A DNA stretch of 63,580 nucleotides, filler included, from Octopus bimaculoides (taxonomy: Eukaryota), in assembly GCF_001194135.2 (NCBI RefSeq). It is 3 parts of 3 records of this genome, joined end to end, with 100 filler letters (N's around TTAATTAATTAA, not from the genome) between each part and the next. Parts side by side here need not be neighbours in the genome. Positions count along the whole stretch, not along the records: positions 45,505 to 63,580 come from NC_068991.1; 2 more parts are not named here. The stretch is one strand, 5' to 3'. Below are positions 49,711 through 61,800 of the stretch, in pieces. The position numbers were made by a program, and so were the translations under genes. The first letter of the stretch is position 1. Every line of letters starts with the position of its first letter. The notes under the pieces were generated by a model that was given only the letters and a program-made list of their open reading frames with translations, had not been told where the DNA came from and searched no databases.

Positions 49711-52700
49711 ATAGTATATATTGTATGTAAACTTGATTTTCAAGACCACTGGCTCAAAAATATTTTGGTTAAAGTAAGAAATATTAACAGCTAGAAGTTA
49801 AAATTTTGTTTGATACTACTAAAAATATTTGTTGTAATGAATTTCATTACATCAAAACCCATATAACATTTTCATTAGGATTATGATCAGAAATTGAAAC
49901 TAATTTCCCTATACTGAAAACTATGATCTATTGGTATTCATAATAATGGAATTTCATCTGTTAATTTCATCTGTTAAATAATCTGGAATAAGATAAGTTG
50001 CAAACAATAAATGGCTTGATCAGAGAAGGAAGGGCAGTGTCCATAACATTTTTGCAAAGAAAGATTCTTTGACTAGTAATAGAAAGGGAGAAAGTTATCT
50101 CTGGGCTGGAAACTAGGTTCAAATACTTGCAACAGAGTAGACTCAATAACCAACTGTGAAAATGGGTGAAGGAATAATTTTTGGATCAGGTGTTTTTTGT
50201 CCTGGATAATTATTAACTATGAAAAAAGTAATTATGGTACTTTTCATTTCGATAGTTATGGCTGTATCTATGAGAAAACAACAACAATTGCTATCAAGTA
50301 GCCATGATCATAACTGTTAGCTAGCATAGTTATAAGGAAATATTACTAAAAACCCTTATGTATTGCTAAACTGTGATAAAAATTATAGGAAATTGATTGA
50401 CTTCAAATGTATATGATATTTACTTACACCATCATCTTCATCAATCATCAGTGACTGCTTCAGCTCAATATTACCTGATTACCATCAATAAAATGAATCA
50501 ATTAAAATATTTTACAAAAGAATACACAGGGACAGGCTACTACGAACAGATTGTAGTCACTATCAGTCTTTAATAATACAAATACAAGATTGAATAACAT
50601 TCTAGATCAAACATTTCTTGGAAACACTGCATGTCACAGTTAAATACTCTATAAGAGAATATATAATGTTGTTTCAAATCAGACTGAAGTTTAGGCCATC
50701 CATAATGCAAAACCAATAGGTGACCCTAAATGTTTGACGGATTATTAGGGTTCCAGAATCAAGTAGGATTTCCCAAATAACATCCTTGACTATGAAAAGT
50801 TTACTTCCTTTAGATGATATTTTTCCCTTTTTAACCTTGTCATTGTGATTTTAATGATTGTTAAGCCAATTGAAAATGTTGCTTGCTAACAAATACTTCT
50901 AAATTTCTTTCACTATGGACAAAATACAAAATGTGAACTTGTGTTTAGGAAGAGGCACAGGTTCATGTTTTTAGTTGGGACATGAAGCATGAGTGATAAA
51001 TTCTGTAAAGACCTTTATACTGTTGTGCTGGACTTAGTATTTTCATCATTCTTATTATCATTTTAAAGTTTGTTTTTCTAAAGTTAGCACAAGTTTAAAA
51101 TACATCAAGTTTTTTAACTTGATGTAACTTGATTCAAGGAGAAATACAGCATTTCTCTATGAATTTTGCTGATGTATGCTCTTGGATTCAATCTAATTTA
51201 TCCTCTGTATTTTACACAACCAACAAATGGCACCTGTTCATCTAGTATGCAGTCTCAGCCCTATTTCAAGTTAATAAAAGAACACACTTTTACATTGAAT
51301 CCTTACAATTTTACCTCCACATAGGGATTAAAATATATTCTGTTTTCAACAAAGTTGGTTAGGTCCTTTTGGTGGAGAGAGAGGTTTGCTACTACTGGTT
51401 AATTATCTCATCATTAAAAAAACACATCAACTGCTTCAAATGAACCGTTTGAACACTTCATAGCAGTTCAATGTTAATGCTAGACATAGATAATCCAGTG
51501 CATCCAATACCTCACAAAAAGAATCAGCTACTTTTACACTGCAAGGCATTGGAAATACTTTTTGTGCACTACACTAGGTACCATAAAACAACTGATCTGA
51601 TACATGCTAATTTTCATAAATGAGGAAACCTCTGCATAGTTGTTGGTCTGGTTAGAAAGATCAGCTAAATCTCTCGCAAATCACACCCTACCATTTATTG
51701 TTTCAGAATGATTTTCTATGTTCACACAAGAAAGACAGTTTGATGAGGTGGGTCAAGTAGGTGGACCCAGTGACAGAATGGGTCAGTCCATGTGCCATGC
51801 CACCATGGGTTGGGCAGTTCATCAGGGTCGAAGACAATTCTTACTGAAGTTATAAAAACTTATTGTTGGGGNNNNNNNNNNNNGGGGGCGTGTAGAAGCA
51901 GAAACAGTAACAGAGACAATAAGTTAAGGAAGGAAGTAATAGGAGGGAAAGTGGAAAATAATATTAGGGGTTAGTAAGAGTTAGTGATAAGGGTGGTGGG
52001 GACAGAGTAGATGTAGTGCTATTTATGTTGGTGGCAGAGTGGTATATGAAAGACAGAGAAGGGATCAGGGCATATTATTAGGTAACATGTTCAAGAGAGC
52101 ATGGAGGCAGGAGAAGGAAGTTAAGGTAATAAAAGACTGCCACTGTGCAATCAAGATATGGAAGGAAAGAAGAATCGTTCACAGGACAGAGATGCTGGAG
52201 GAGGAGGAGTAATGGGTGGAAGAGGTGATAGTCAATACCCACCTGCAGGATATGAAATCTAACTCCTCTCATCCTACTACATCTTTTGTGCATTTATTGA
52301 TTACAGCACACCTTATAGAAATTTTACCAGTTCCTTTTCTGCAGACAGAACATAGCCATTTGTTGTACTATATCTAATCATATTTTCGAATACTTTCTTT
52401 TTTTGTACTACTGCTGCTATCATATTTTTATCATGTTGTATTATGTCACTATAATATTTAGTATTCAATTATATTGTAGAATTCAATTTCCTATGTTAGC
52501 GTATATCTATATTTCCTAATCTATATCACATATTCTATCCACGTCTCTTATATTAAATATAGTACAACAACAATGAAATATACACAACCAGATTAATAAT
52601 CTCTATGAAAATATATTTAATATTGCAATCAATAATACTTATATGAGAAAAAATTAAAGGTGGAGGTGGGGGACAGTACAAAGAGTAGTAATAGAATATA

Positions 52701-52927
52701 TAAAGTGTCAACAAGATATGTGATTAGTAGAAGAAAAAAATAAAGATCTGGCTGCCCTGGTGAAACAATGGTTAATAGCATTTACCAAATAAACCATCTG
52801 TGGAATAGTAACATAACTTAGTTTCTTTGGAGCAGATTCTTCCCTTGACCAGTAGGGTCAAAAAGTCAATCTTTAACTATTTTTAGAACATCCAGCACAC
52901 AGTTAAACAAAAGAGCTAAACGCTTAC

Positions 52928-52947
52928 CACAGTCAGAATACATTCTC
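52928..52947 (-). CDS. DNMBP: 20-nt microexon of the DNMBP-like gene (G-ECILTV)
   Basis: gctgttttcttttgcttctcacaacAG|gagaatgtattctgactgtg|GTaagc. Enters in phase 1 and leaves in phase 0, exactly bridging the flanking exons. Confidence 0.65.
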
Positions 52948-53159
52948 CTGTTGTGAGAAGCAAAAGAAAACAGCAGCCAATATGCCCAGAAAAGGCCATT
53001 GTTTTGTAACATCATAATGCACTTTAAAGGTGCAAATATGGAAAATAATAATTGGCCAAAATGTGATGTAGGCAAACAATTAAGAACTTATTAATTGACT
53101 GCACTATGATTAAAAAATGGTTATTCTATGTATATTTTTGTTTGGATATGTGATGTGTG

Positions 53160-53345
53160 TGAATGAGGACAGCTGCATAAAGTGCCAATCATTGAATGTG
53201 GATGGTAACCACAGAGACCCAGAAAGACATGGGATGAAGTGGTGTGGACTGATCTCAGGATGTTGGGGTCTCATGGAGGAAATGACCATGGACTGAGATG
53301 TCTGGCGATATGAGGTTCTTGAGAAGACCTGCCCACATCAGCAAA
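53160..53345 (+). mobile_element. RTE LINE ORF C-terminal fragment
   Basis: RPRKTWDEVVWTDLRMLG...DVWRYEVLEKT. Confidence 0.75.
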
Positions 53346-53849
53346 ACTGAGTTCTAGAAGCACTGTGTGTCCCACCCACACATAACAAGAAAACTTCTCA
53401 CACCCTACCCCAACAAATCAAACTACATCTCTTCTCTTCCGTACATTTCCTCTCTCATGCACTCTACTTACCTCCCACTCCCCAATCCTGTCCTCTTGGC
53501 CCTGTCTCACTGTATCATTGCTATCCATTAGCTTCCGACCTGTATGCTCCACCCACACACCCTGTCTCACTGCATCATTGCTATCCGCTAGCCCCTGACT
53601 TGTGCATTCTACCCACACATAAGAAAATTTTTCACACACCCTACACCAACAAACCAATGTACATCTCTACATATTTTCTCTACTTCACATTTCCTACCTC
53701 TCATTTTCAAATCCTGTCCTCATGGCTCTGTTTCTCTGTATCATTGCTATTTGATAGCCCCCACCCACTATATATACTCAGGTTTTCGCCATTCACCCTC
53801 CACATTCTCTAATCATACTTCTTTCACAATATCATGCCACTTATAGTAT

Positions 53850-54540
53850 GATGTTCAAACCTCAAGGGTATGTCCTGGCACTTGCCACCATCCCTATCTC
53901 TCTTCCTTTACTCAACCATCCTATTTATATTCAGATCCCCATCCCTTGTGAGTATGCCCAGCACTTTGCCACCATCTCTATCCTGTTGTCTCCCACTCTC
54001 TCTCTCTCCTTCCCCTGTACTTCTCTCAGGTTGGGTAACCATGTATCTCCTTTGCAGTAGCATACCTGTTTCTGTCTTCATTTCTGATCTTACTCTCTTT
54101 ATCTCCAACTAAGTAACCTTGTACTTCCTCTACAACAAGACACCTGTCTCTCTACCTCACTCTAACCTTTCATCATCTCACACAAGATCACCTCCTCCAC
54201 TCTCAAAAGATTTCTTTGTTTTAAAAGGTACTTACTGGCCCTGTCAGTGCAGGTTCCACTTAAAAAACATTCAGTGCACACTGTAAAGTGGTGAGCATTT
54301 GGAAAGGCATCCAGCTGTAAAAACCTTGCCAAAACTGATCTCAGCTGTGCTTGTACCACATAAAATGCACTCAGTCCACTCTGCCGAGTGGTTGGTGTTA
54401 GGAAGGGCATCCAACTGTAAAAATCCTGCCAAAACAGTCACAGAAGCCTGGTGCAGGCTTCGGCCTGGCTGGATCCTGTCAAACTGTCCCACCCATGCCA
54501 GTATAGAAGACAAGCATTAAACAATAATGATGATGATTAT
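53850..54540 (+). mobile_element. Composite retroelement (pyrimidine-rich segment plus RTE-type 3' tail ending in GAT repeats)
   Basis: Shares caagacacctgtctctctac and the ...cccatgccagtatagaa...gatgatga tail with the inverted copy at 55690-56400. Confidence 0.7.
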
Positions 54541-55103
54541 TCTCTGTTTTCTTTAAATTATTTATTATATATGTGTGGGGTGGGGGGATAGTGTAGTTCT
54601 TGATATACAAAATAATTATTTGAGCTGATCCAATAACTCTTCTGCTCTATTTTCTGTAAAATTAATAAAAAAATTTGAGAGATGCTACTGACTGGATTGA
54701 TAAAGTGCCAAACCTACTGAAGTGATCCAGTTCATATTTCATCACTGACACTGCATTGGACCCACAGCAAATATAATTATTGCTAACTAACCGTCATAGC
54801 TGCAGACAGGTACCAAATAATAGTACAGTTCACTAGTTAAAGTAGTTGAAATGATTAAGGTTATTATTACAAAACGTTTGCATGTCTGGTTTCACATAAT
54901 TAGTATAACTCGCAGATACACTCATTGAAAGAAGCATTTAACTATGTTAAAGTTAATCAAGTGTGTGTGAGAGAGAGAGATCTCTTTTGTCTTAAGGTGG
55001 TAATTATTGAAATATGAGAGGTACTTTCCAGCTTACTAATTCCGTTGGCTGTCATTAGTAAGAGGTAAATTTTTATTCGCTGATTAATTGAAAAGCGACT
55101 CAC

Positions 55104-55221
55104 CTGTTACTGGAAAAATATCAGTATTCATACCCGTTTTTGGTATAGTTGCTTTGTTTGTATTTATTGGAAAAATATAGCTGCATGTTTCAGAAGGTAA
55201 CACAGGTATATTAAGTAATAT
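55104..55221 (-). CDS. DNMBP: DNMBP-like gene, 118-nt linker exon
   Basis: tttatttttcAG|...|GTgagt. Only phase 0 is open: ILLNIPVLPSETCSYIFPINTNKATIPKTGMNTDIFPVT+g. Phase-compatible on both sides. Confidence 0.72.
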
Positions 55222-55689
55222 CTGAAAAATAAATTCATATATACATGCATATAACTATGCAAACTACATGACTACAATTGAATATTACTATGGATACCCA
55301 TGTTTGATGCAACCATTTCTGTTAATGAGAAGAGGTGCATAGGGACGACAAGTGCCCAAAGTCAATTCATATCTTTCGCAAATGGGAATAATTTAGAGTG
55401 AGTTTAGTGAAAGAAATGTTTAATTTAAACTACTAGATGTTGAAACATTAACCAAAAGTAGTACAATTTCATCAAGTAACTCGGTAAATATTTTCTATTG
55501 GTTTGCTTCAACCCTTATTCTAATATTCAACATTTGATGATGTAATTCCTATTTCTCTGTTGCATATATACTGGTTTCATATTACTGACACTCATTCTCT
55601 CCACATTCTAACAATCCACATGACCAGCAATGGCTAATTTTTCAAATATTATCTACTATACAAAATTTTTTATAGAATAGTGAAAATTA

Positions 55690-56400
55690 TACCATCATCA
55701 TCATCATCATCATCACCGTCATCGTCATCATCATCAACATTTGACATCTGTTTTTTATACTGGCATGGGTTGGACAGCTAGACAGGAGTTGGTTAGCCAG
55801 AGCACTGTACCAGATGCTATCAGATGCTTTGGCATGAGTTCTACAGCTGGATGCTCTTTTTAATGCCAAACATTTTACAAAGAAGACTGGTTATATGGCA
55901 TCAGCACAAGCCGGTCACCAAGTAACTTGCAAGACAAACAGCCCTCAACTGGGAGGTGGGGTAGTATTGATGGCAGTGCATACTGACTTTATATAAAAGT
56001 ATAATAGAGGGGTAGAGATAGGTGTCTTGCTGTGGAGGAGATACATGGCTACTCCTAGGGGGGGGCAGAAAGTTAGAAAGATAGAGAGAGAAAGAGAAAG
56101 ATGGTGCTGGAGATGTGTGAAGACAACATCAAGATACAGAGTGAGGTGAATATAAATAAAGATGTAGAGAGGATTGAAGTGGATGACGGGGGAAGAAGTG
56201 ACTGTAACAAATGGCAAGAGACCTAGTAGTTAGTCAAGTGAGACTGATAGAAGTGTGGGAGCAGTGACAGCAGATAAGGGAGGTGTTAAAGATGGAGGAT
56301 AGCAGAAGGGTGAGAGAAATGGCTAAAAGCATAGAAAGGAACGGAAAGGAAATGGTGGGCAGGGAAGAGACTGAGAAATGGGAGTGGTTCCAGTGGGGGG
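55690..56400 (-). mobile_element. Inverted copy of the same composite retroelement family
   Basis: (CAT)n, then tatactggcatgggttggacag..., then gtagagataggtgtcttgctgtggagg, a reverse-complement match to 54120-54160. Confidence 0.7.
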
Positions 56401-56589
56401 GGAAGTAACCAGGGGGGAGGAAATGTAGTATGTGCCTATTCCGCTCTTGGGTGATTATAGCAGTCAAGTAATACCACAGAAAGAGAAGTGATGAATGTAA
56501 GGGGATGCAATATGGAGGAAATGCTTGAAGGAACAGGGCTCCTCAGGTACAAGCATTACCAAAGTAGTTTTAGGATGGAGATCTGCTGT

Positions 56590-57030
56590 GATTTAGAAGA
56601 CCCAGCAACTAAAGTGAGATTGCAGCCATGGCCGATGCCAGTGTTGCATGCCCGGCCCATTTAAGAGTACCCTTGACACATTGGGTGATATGATGTGCTT
56701 GAGAAGACCTGTTGAGTCAAGGAAAACCAAAATCTCAGCTGTGGCCAGTGCCCGCTGACTGGCTCCCATACTGGTGGCACGTAAAGAGCACCAACCGAAC
56801 GTGATCGATGCCAGGCCTGCCTAACTGGCTCCTGTGCCGCTGGCACATAAAAAGCATCTACTACACTCTCGGAGTGGTTGGCGTTAGGAAGGGTATCCTG
56901 CTGTAGAAACATTGTCAGACCAGATTGGAGCCTGGTGCAGCTGCTGGGTCTCCAGACCTCAGTCAAACTGGCCAACCCATGCTAGCATGGAAAACGGACA
57001 TTAAATGATGATGATGATGATGATGATGAT
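56590..57030 (+). mobile_element. RTE LINE 3' tail ending in (GAT)n
   Basis: gagaagacctgttgag...ctacactctcggagtggttggcgttagg...catgctagcatggaaaacggacattaaatgatgatg. Confidence 0.85.
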
Positions 57031-57918
57031 TTTTGCTGTACCTGCCAGTTGCTGGGTTCATTTTGATTCTTGTCATCCTTCATTTCAATAAACTGAAAAC
57101 AAAGCAAAGATCACATTCATTTTACACAGACAATTATTTTAATGATTCTTATTGAAAGAGAATATTTTCATTCATTTTAACTGTTTAGCATGCAAATTAT
57201 TCTGTNNNNNNNNNNNNNNNNNNNNNNNNNNNNNNNNNNNNNNNNNNNNNNNNNNNNNNNNNNNNNNNNNNNNNNNNNNNNNNNNNNNNNNNNNNNNNNN
57301 NNNNNNNNNNNNNNNNNNNNNNNNNNNNNNNNNNNNNNNNNNNNNNNNNNNNNNNNNNNNNNNNNNNNNNNNNNNNNNNNNNNNNNNNNNNNNNNNNNNN
57401 NNNNNNNNNNNNNNNNNNNNNNNNNNNNNNNNNNNNNNNNNNNNNNNNNNNNNNNNNNNNNNNNNNNNNNNNNNNNNNNNNNNNNNNNNNNNNNNNNNNN
57501 NNNNNNNNNNNNNNNNNNNNNNNNNNNNNNNNNNNNNNNNNNNNNNNNNNNNNNNNNNNNNNNNNNNNNNNNNNNNNNNNNNNNNNNNNNNNNNNNNNNN
57601 NNNNNNNNNNNNNNNNNNNNNNNNNNNNNNNNNNNNNNNNNNNNNNNNNNNNNNNNNNNNNNNNNNNNNNNNNNNNNNNNNNNNNNNNNNNNNNNNNNNN
57701 NNNNNNNNNNNNNNNNNNNNNNNNNNNNNNNNNNNNNNNNNNNNNNNNNNNNNNNNNNNNNNNNNNNNNNNNNNNNNNNNNNNNNNNNNNNNNNNNNNNN
57801 NNNNNNNNNNNNNNNNNNNNNNNNNNNNNNNNNNNNNNNNNNNNNNNNNNNNNNNNNNNNNNNNNNNNNNNNNNNNNNNNNNNNNNNNNNNNNNNNNNNN
57901 NNNNNNNNNNNNNNNNNG

Positions 57919-59870
57919 CTTTCCCCAATAAGTCTTCGCAAGCTGAGTTTCGTGTCCAATGAAGGAGACAACGTTGGCATGGGTGCCAGTCATCGAATTA
58001 AACTCGATTTCGATTTCACTTGCCTCAACAGGTCTTTGCAAGCAGAGTCTAGTGTCCAATGAAGGAAGGTACGCATAAGTGGACTGGCTGAGGCCTTAGA
58101 TTTAGGTCTCACTTGGCTTGCTGGGCCTTCTCACGCACAGCATTTGGCAGAGTTTCTACAGCTAAATACCCTTCCCAATGCCAACCACTCAGAGAGTGTA
58201 GTGGGTGCTTTTACGTACCATCGGCATGAAGGCCAGTCAGGCAGTACTGGCAACAGCCACGCTCAAATGGTGTATTTTATGTGTCACCCACACAAGAGCC
58301 AGTCTAGGGGCACTAGCAACGATCTCGCTCAAAAGTCCTTACACATGCCATGGGCACAAGTGCCAGAAAGGCGATGCTGGGCACAGGTGCCATCCCGATT
58401 TCGCTTTTGCTTGCCCCAATAAGTCTTCGCAAGCTGGGTTTCGTGTCTAATGAAGGGGACGACGTTGGCATGGGTGCCAGTCGTCGAATTTAACTCGATT
58501 TCGATTTCACTTGCCNNNNNNNNNNNNNNNNNNNNNNNNNNNNNNNNNNNNNNNNNNNNNNNNNNNNNNNNNNNNNNNNNNNNNNNNNNNNNNNNNNNNN
58601 NNNNNNNNNNNNNNNNNNNNNNNNNNNNNNNNNNNNNNNNNNNNNNNNNNNNNNNNNNNNNNNNNNNNNNNNNNNNNNNNNNNNNNNNNNNNNNNNNNNN
58701 NNNNNNNNNNNNNNNNNNNNNNNNNNNNNNNNNNNNNNNNNNNNNNNNNNNNNNNNNNNNNNNNNNNNNNNNNNNNNNNNNNNNNNNNNNNNNNNNNNNN
58801 NNNNNNNNNNNNNNNNNNNNNNNNNNNNNNNNNNNNNNNNNNNNNNNNNNNNNNNNNNNNNNNNNNNNNNNNNNNNNNNNNNNNNNNNNNNNNNNNNNNN
58901 NNNNNNNNNNNNNNNNNNNNNNNNNNNNNNNNNNNNNNNNNNNNNNNNNNNNNNNNNNNNNNNNNNNNNNNNNNNNNNNNNNNNNNNNNNNNNNNNNNNN
59001 NNNNNNNNNNNNNNNNNNNNNNNNNNNNNNNNNNNNNNNNNNNNNNNNNNNNNNNNNNNNNNNNNNNNNNNNNNNNNNNNNNNNNNNNNNNNNNNNNNNN
59101 NNNNNNNNNNNNNNNNNNNNNNNNNNNNNNNNNNNNNNNNNNNNNNNNNNNNNNNNNNNNNNNNNNNNNNNNNNNNNNNNNNNNNNNNNNNNNNNNNNNN
59201 NNNNNNNNNNNNNNNNNNNNNNNNNNNNNNNNNNNNNNNNNNNNNNNNNNNNNNNNNNNNNNNNNNNNNNNNNNNNNNNNNNNNNNNNNNNNNNNNNNNN
59301 NNNNNNNNNNNNNNNNNNNNNNNNNNNNNNNNNNNNNNNNNNNNNNNNNNNNNNNNNNNNNNNNNNNNNNNNNNNNNNNNNNNNNNNNNNNNNAGAGGAC
59401 CCTTGTCACCAGCAGAGGTAAGAGCTCTCTGAACTTTTCCCAGGCTATTCTTATTCTAGCAGCTACACTTTCAGCGCACCCTCCCCCACTACTAACTCGG
59501 TCACCTAGATAGCGGAAGCTATCAACTACGTCTAGTTTTTCTCCCTGGAATGTGGCAGAAGTTGTTTTCTGCACATTTACAGTGTTCATAGCTCCTGAAC
59601 ATCTGCTACATACAAAAACTAACTTCCTAGTTAACCTTCCTTTGATATTGCTGCACCTCTTATGTGTCCATAGCTTGCACTGGGAGCATCTTATAGAGTT
59701 TTCATTAATTTTTTTTTCCATGGGTTTGCTTCAACCCTTATTCTACCATTCAGCTTTTGATGACATAATTATTCAGTTGCGTGTATAGTTGTTTCATATT
59801 ACTCACACTTGTTTTCTCCATATTCTAACACTCCATATGACCAGCCTATGGCTATTTATTTCTAATATAA
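57919..59870 (-). mobile_element. Relatively young RTE/RTEX-type LINE interrupted by a gap: ORF C-terminal part 59394-59721, 3' UTR 57919-58515
   Basis: Open frame NSIRCSQCKLWTHKRCS...FVCSRC...LDVVDSFRYLGD...ARIRIAWEKFRELLPLL. The 3' UTR matches the other tails in the window. Confidence 0.85.
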
Positions 59871-60479
59871 CTTAACTGAAATTATGTATTACAATAGATG
59901 CTTTCTGTGGTTTCATAAAGTTTTAGTTAATGGTGCAAATTTTTTCCATTCTTCATTGACATAGCTTCATTCACTTTCTTAATATTTTTGAGAACTGCAT
60001 AAACAACTACCATATTTCTTCAGCTCTGTGTTTAACCATAAAAATTATACAATTTATGAAAAAATGTCCCAACATTGGACTGATTACCAAACAGACATTC
60101 ATACTGATTAACCAACTACTTGGATCAATTTGGTTACAATTTAATTCAGTTCTGCTTACCTTTGTTGATTTGCTAATCAAAATTCTTGATATCACTTAAG
60201 TCAGTTAATGATAAATGTTAAATTTCTTTTAATAAACTAAGTATTCAACCTAAATTCAATCGAGCTATAAACCTATCTGGAAATGTAAAAGCTTTGTCCA
60301 TATGTTACACTGACAACTTTCAATTAACAACATCAAATTTATCCTGCTATGTGATGCAAGGCTATGGTGAATTAATTCAAATATCCTCAAAAAGATACAA
60401 ACTTTCATGGAAGGGTACATCAGAAATGTACTAAATATTAGATACCCTGAAAAAATTGTGAGTAACGGAAACCTTTGGG

Positions 60480-60680
60480 CCAAACACAAATAGGAACCCA
60501 TCAGCCATAAAAGTAAATGATGTAAGTGGAAATAGTAAAAGCCACAAATTTGAAAAAAAAATCAGAAGGAGGTTTGGCAAGATGAGCTTTGAATTGGAAT
60601 CGAGAGGAAAAGAGAAAGGCAGGACAACCAAGGCTCATTTGCTAGAGACTGGTAGGTTAAAAACTGAGGATAAAAGAAAG
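60480..60680 (+). mobile_element. Old RTE C-terminal remnant
   Basis: ALNWNREEKRKAGQPR resembles ALTWNP.GKRKRGRPK. Confidence 0.45.
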
Positions 60681-61004
60681 GAATGATATGGAATTAAGTG
60701 AAAAGCAAAGTACAAGAAAAGAATACAACTGAAGACTGCTGTTCAGCACCAAACTATGTTCTATTAACAATCAAAGCAGGGTATGATGAAGATGTAATAA
60801 AAAGGGAGATTAAGCATCACCCTGGAGAGAATGCTGGTTACTTACAAGCAATATTTCAAGATCTATGATTATTTGCAACAACTAGGTGAGTTGCATTACA
60901 ATAATTGTTCTGCTTAAAACGCATCAAAAAGGCTGGAGTGCATTTTAGTTGGTAGTCTTATTAAATCTCATCCATTTCAACATGTTGCACTGACAAGTTT
61001 AATC

Positions 61005-61290
61005 ATCATCATCATCGTCATCGTTTAACGTCTGCTTTCCATGCTTGCATGGGTTGGATGGTTTGACTGAGGACTGGTGAGCTAAAAAGCTGCACCAGGC
61101 TCCAATCTGATTTGGCAAGGTTTCTACAGCTGGATGCCCTTCCTAACACCAACCACTCCCAGAGTGTAGTAGGTACTTTTTACATGCCACTGGCATGGGT
61201 GCCAGTCAGGTGGCACTGGCATCCGCCACAACTACAATCTCCACTGGCACAGGAGCCAATCAGGCAGCTCTGGCATCAGGCAGCTCTGAC
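61005..61290 (-). mobile_element. RTE LINE 3' tail
   Basis: catcatcatcgtttaacgtctgctttccatgcttgcatgggttggatg...ccaaccactcccagagtgtag. Confidence 0.85.
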
Positions 61291-61617
61291 AGTATTAACA
61301 ATTTTGTTAATTTACTAAACTTTGATATTACTGATTCTGAAATAATGAAATTTAGCAGAGTTTAAACTCAGATCACAGTGAGTTGAAATTAATACAGCAC
61401 GGCATTTTGTCTCGTACTAAAGATGCTGCCAATTCAGCACTTCACTCAATAATGTATTCATAAATACTCAGTTAAATACTGACTTGACAGCAACTATTAT
61501 GACCACAAGTATAATCATTTAGAGGTTATGGGACTACAAAATAGTAATAATCAGAATCCTGTCTATTCATTTAAATATTTTTTTTTCAAATCCCAATAAA
61601 AATCTTAAATTCCTTAC

Positions 61618-61800
61618 TTCAATAAATTTCTTCAATTCTGTAAACCAGAGATCTTGATAGTAATTCTTAAGTAGTATGAAGTTTACAATAATGTCCAAGA
61701 CAACTTCTGATGATATTCTACACAGGTCTGGCAAGCCCTTTATCAATTGACAGTTTAAGGATTCATATTCTTTTTTCACCAACTCCAAAGATTCATTACC
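61618..61800 (-). CDS. DNMBP: DNMBP-like gene, BAR-domain C-terminal helix exon (183 nt, phase 0-0)
   Basis: tttctttcaatttttAG|GNESLELVKKEYESLNCQLIKGLPDLCRISSEVVLDIIVNFILLKNYYQDLWFTELKKFIE|GTaagg. YE.LN.QL...LP matches the Tuba/ARHGEF37/38 BAR motif. Confidence 0.88.

Noticed and set aside
51017-51077. Candidate small exon KNDENTKSSTT
   Set aside because: In-frame TAA between the acceptor and the donor, and the donor (GTataa) is weak.
60160-60260. Strong donor aaag|GTaagc with upstream ILSLLKEI*HLSLTDLSDIKNFD*QINK, echoing the post-BAR segment
   Set aside because: No acceptor gives an open frame (two to three stops). At most a dead exon; not supportable.
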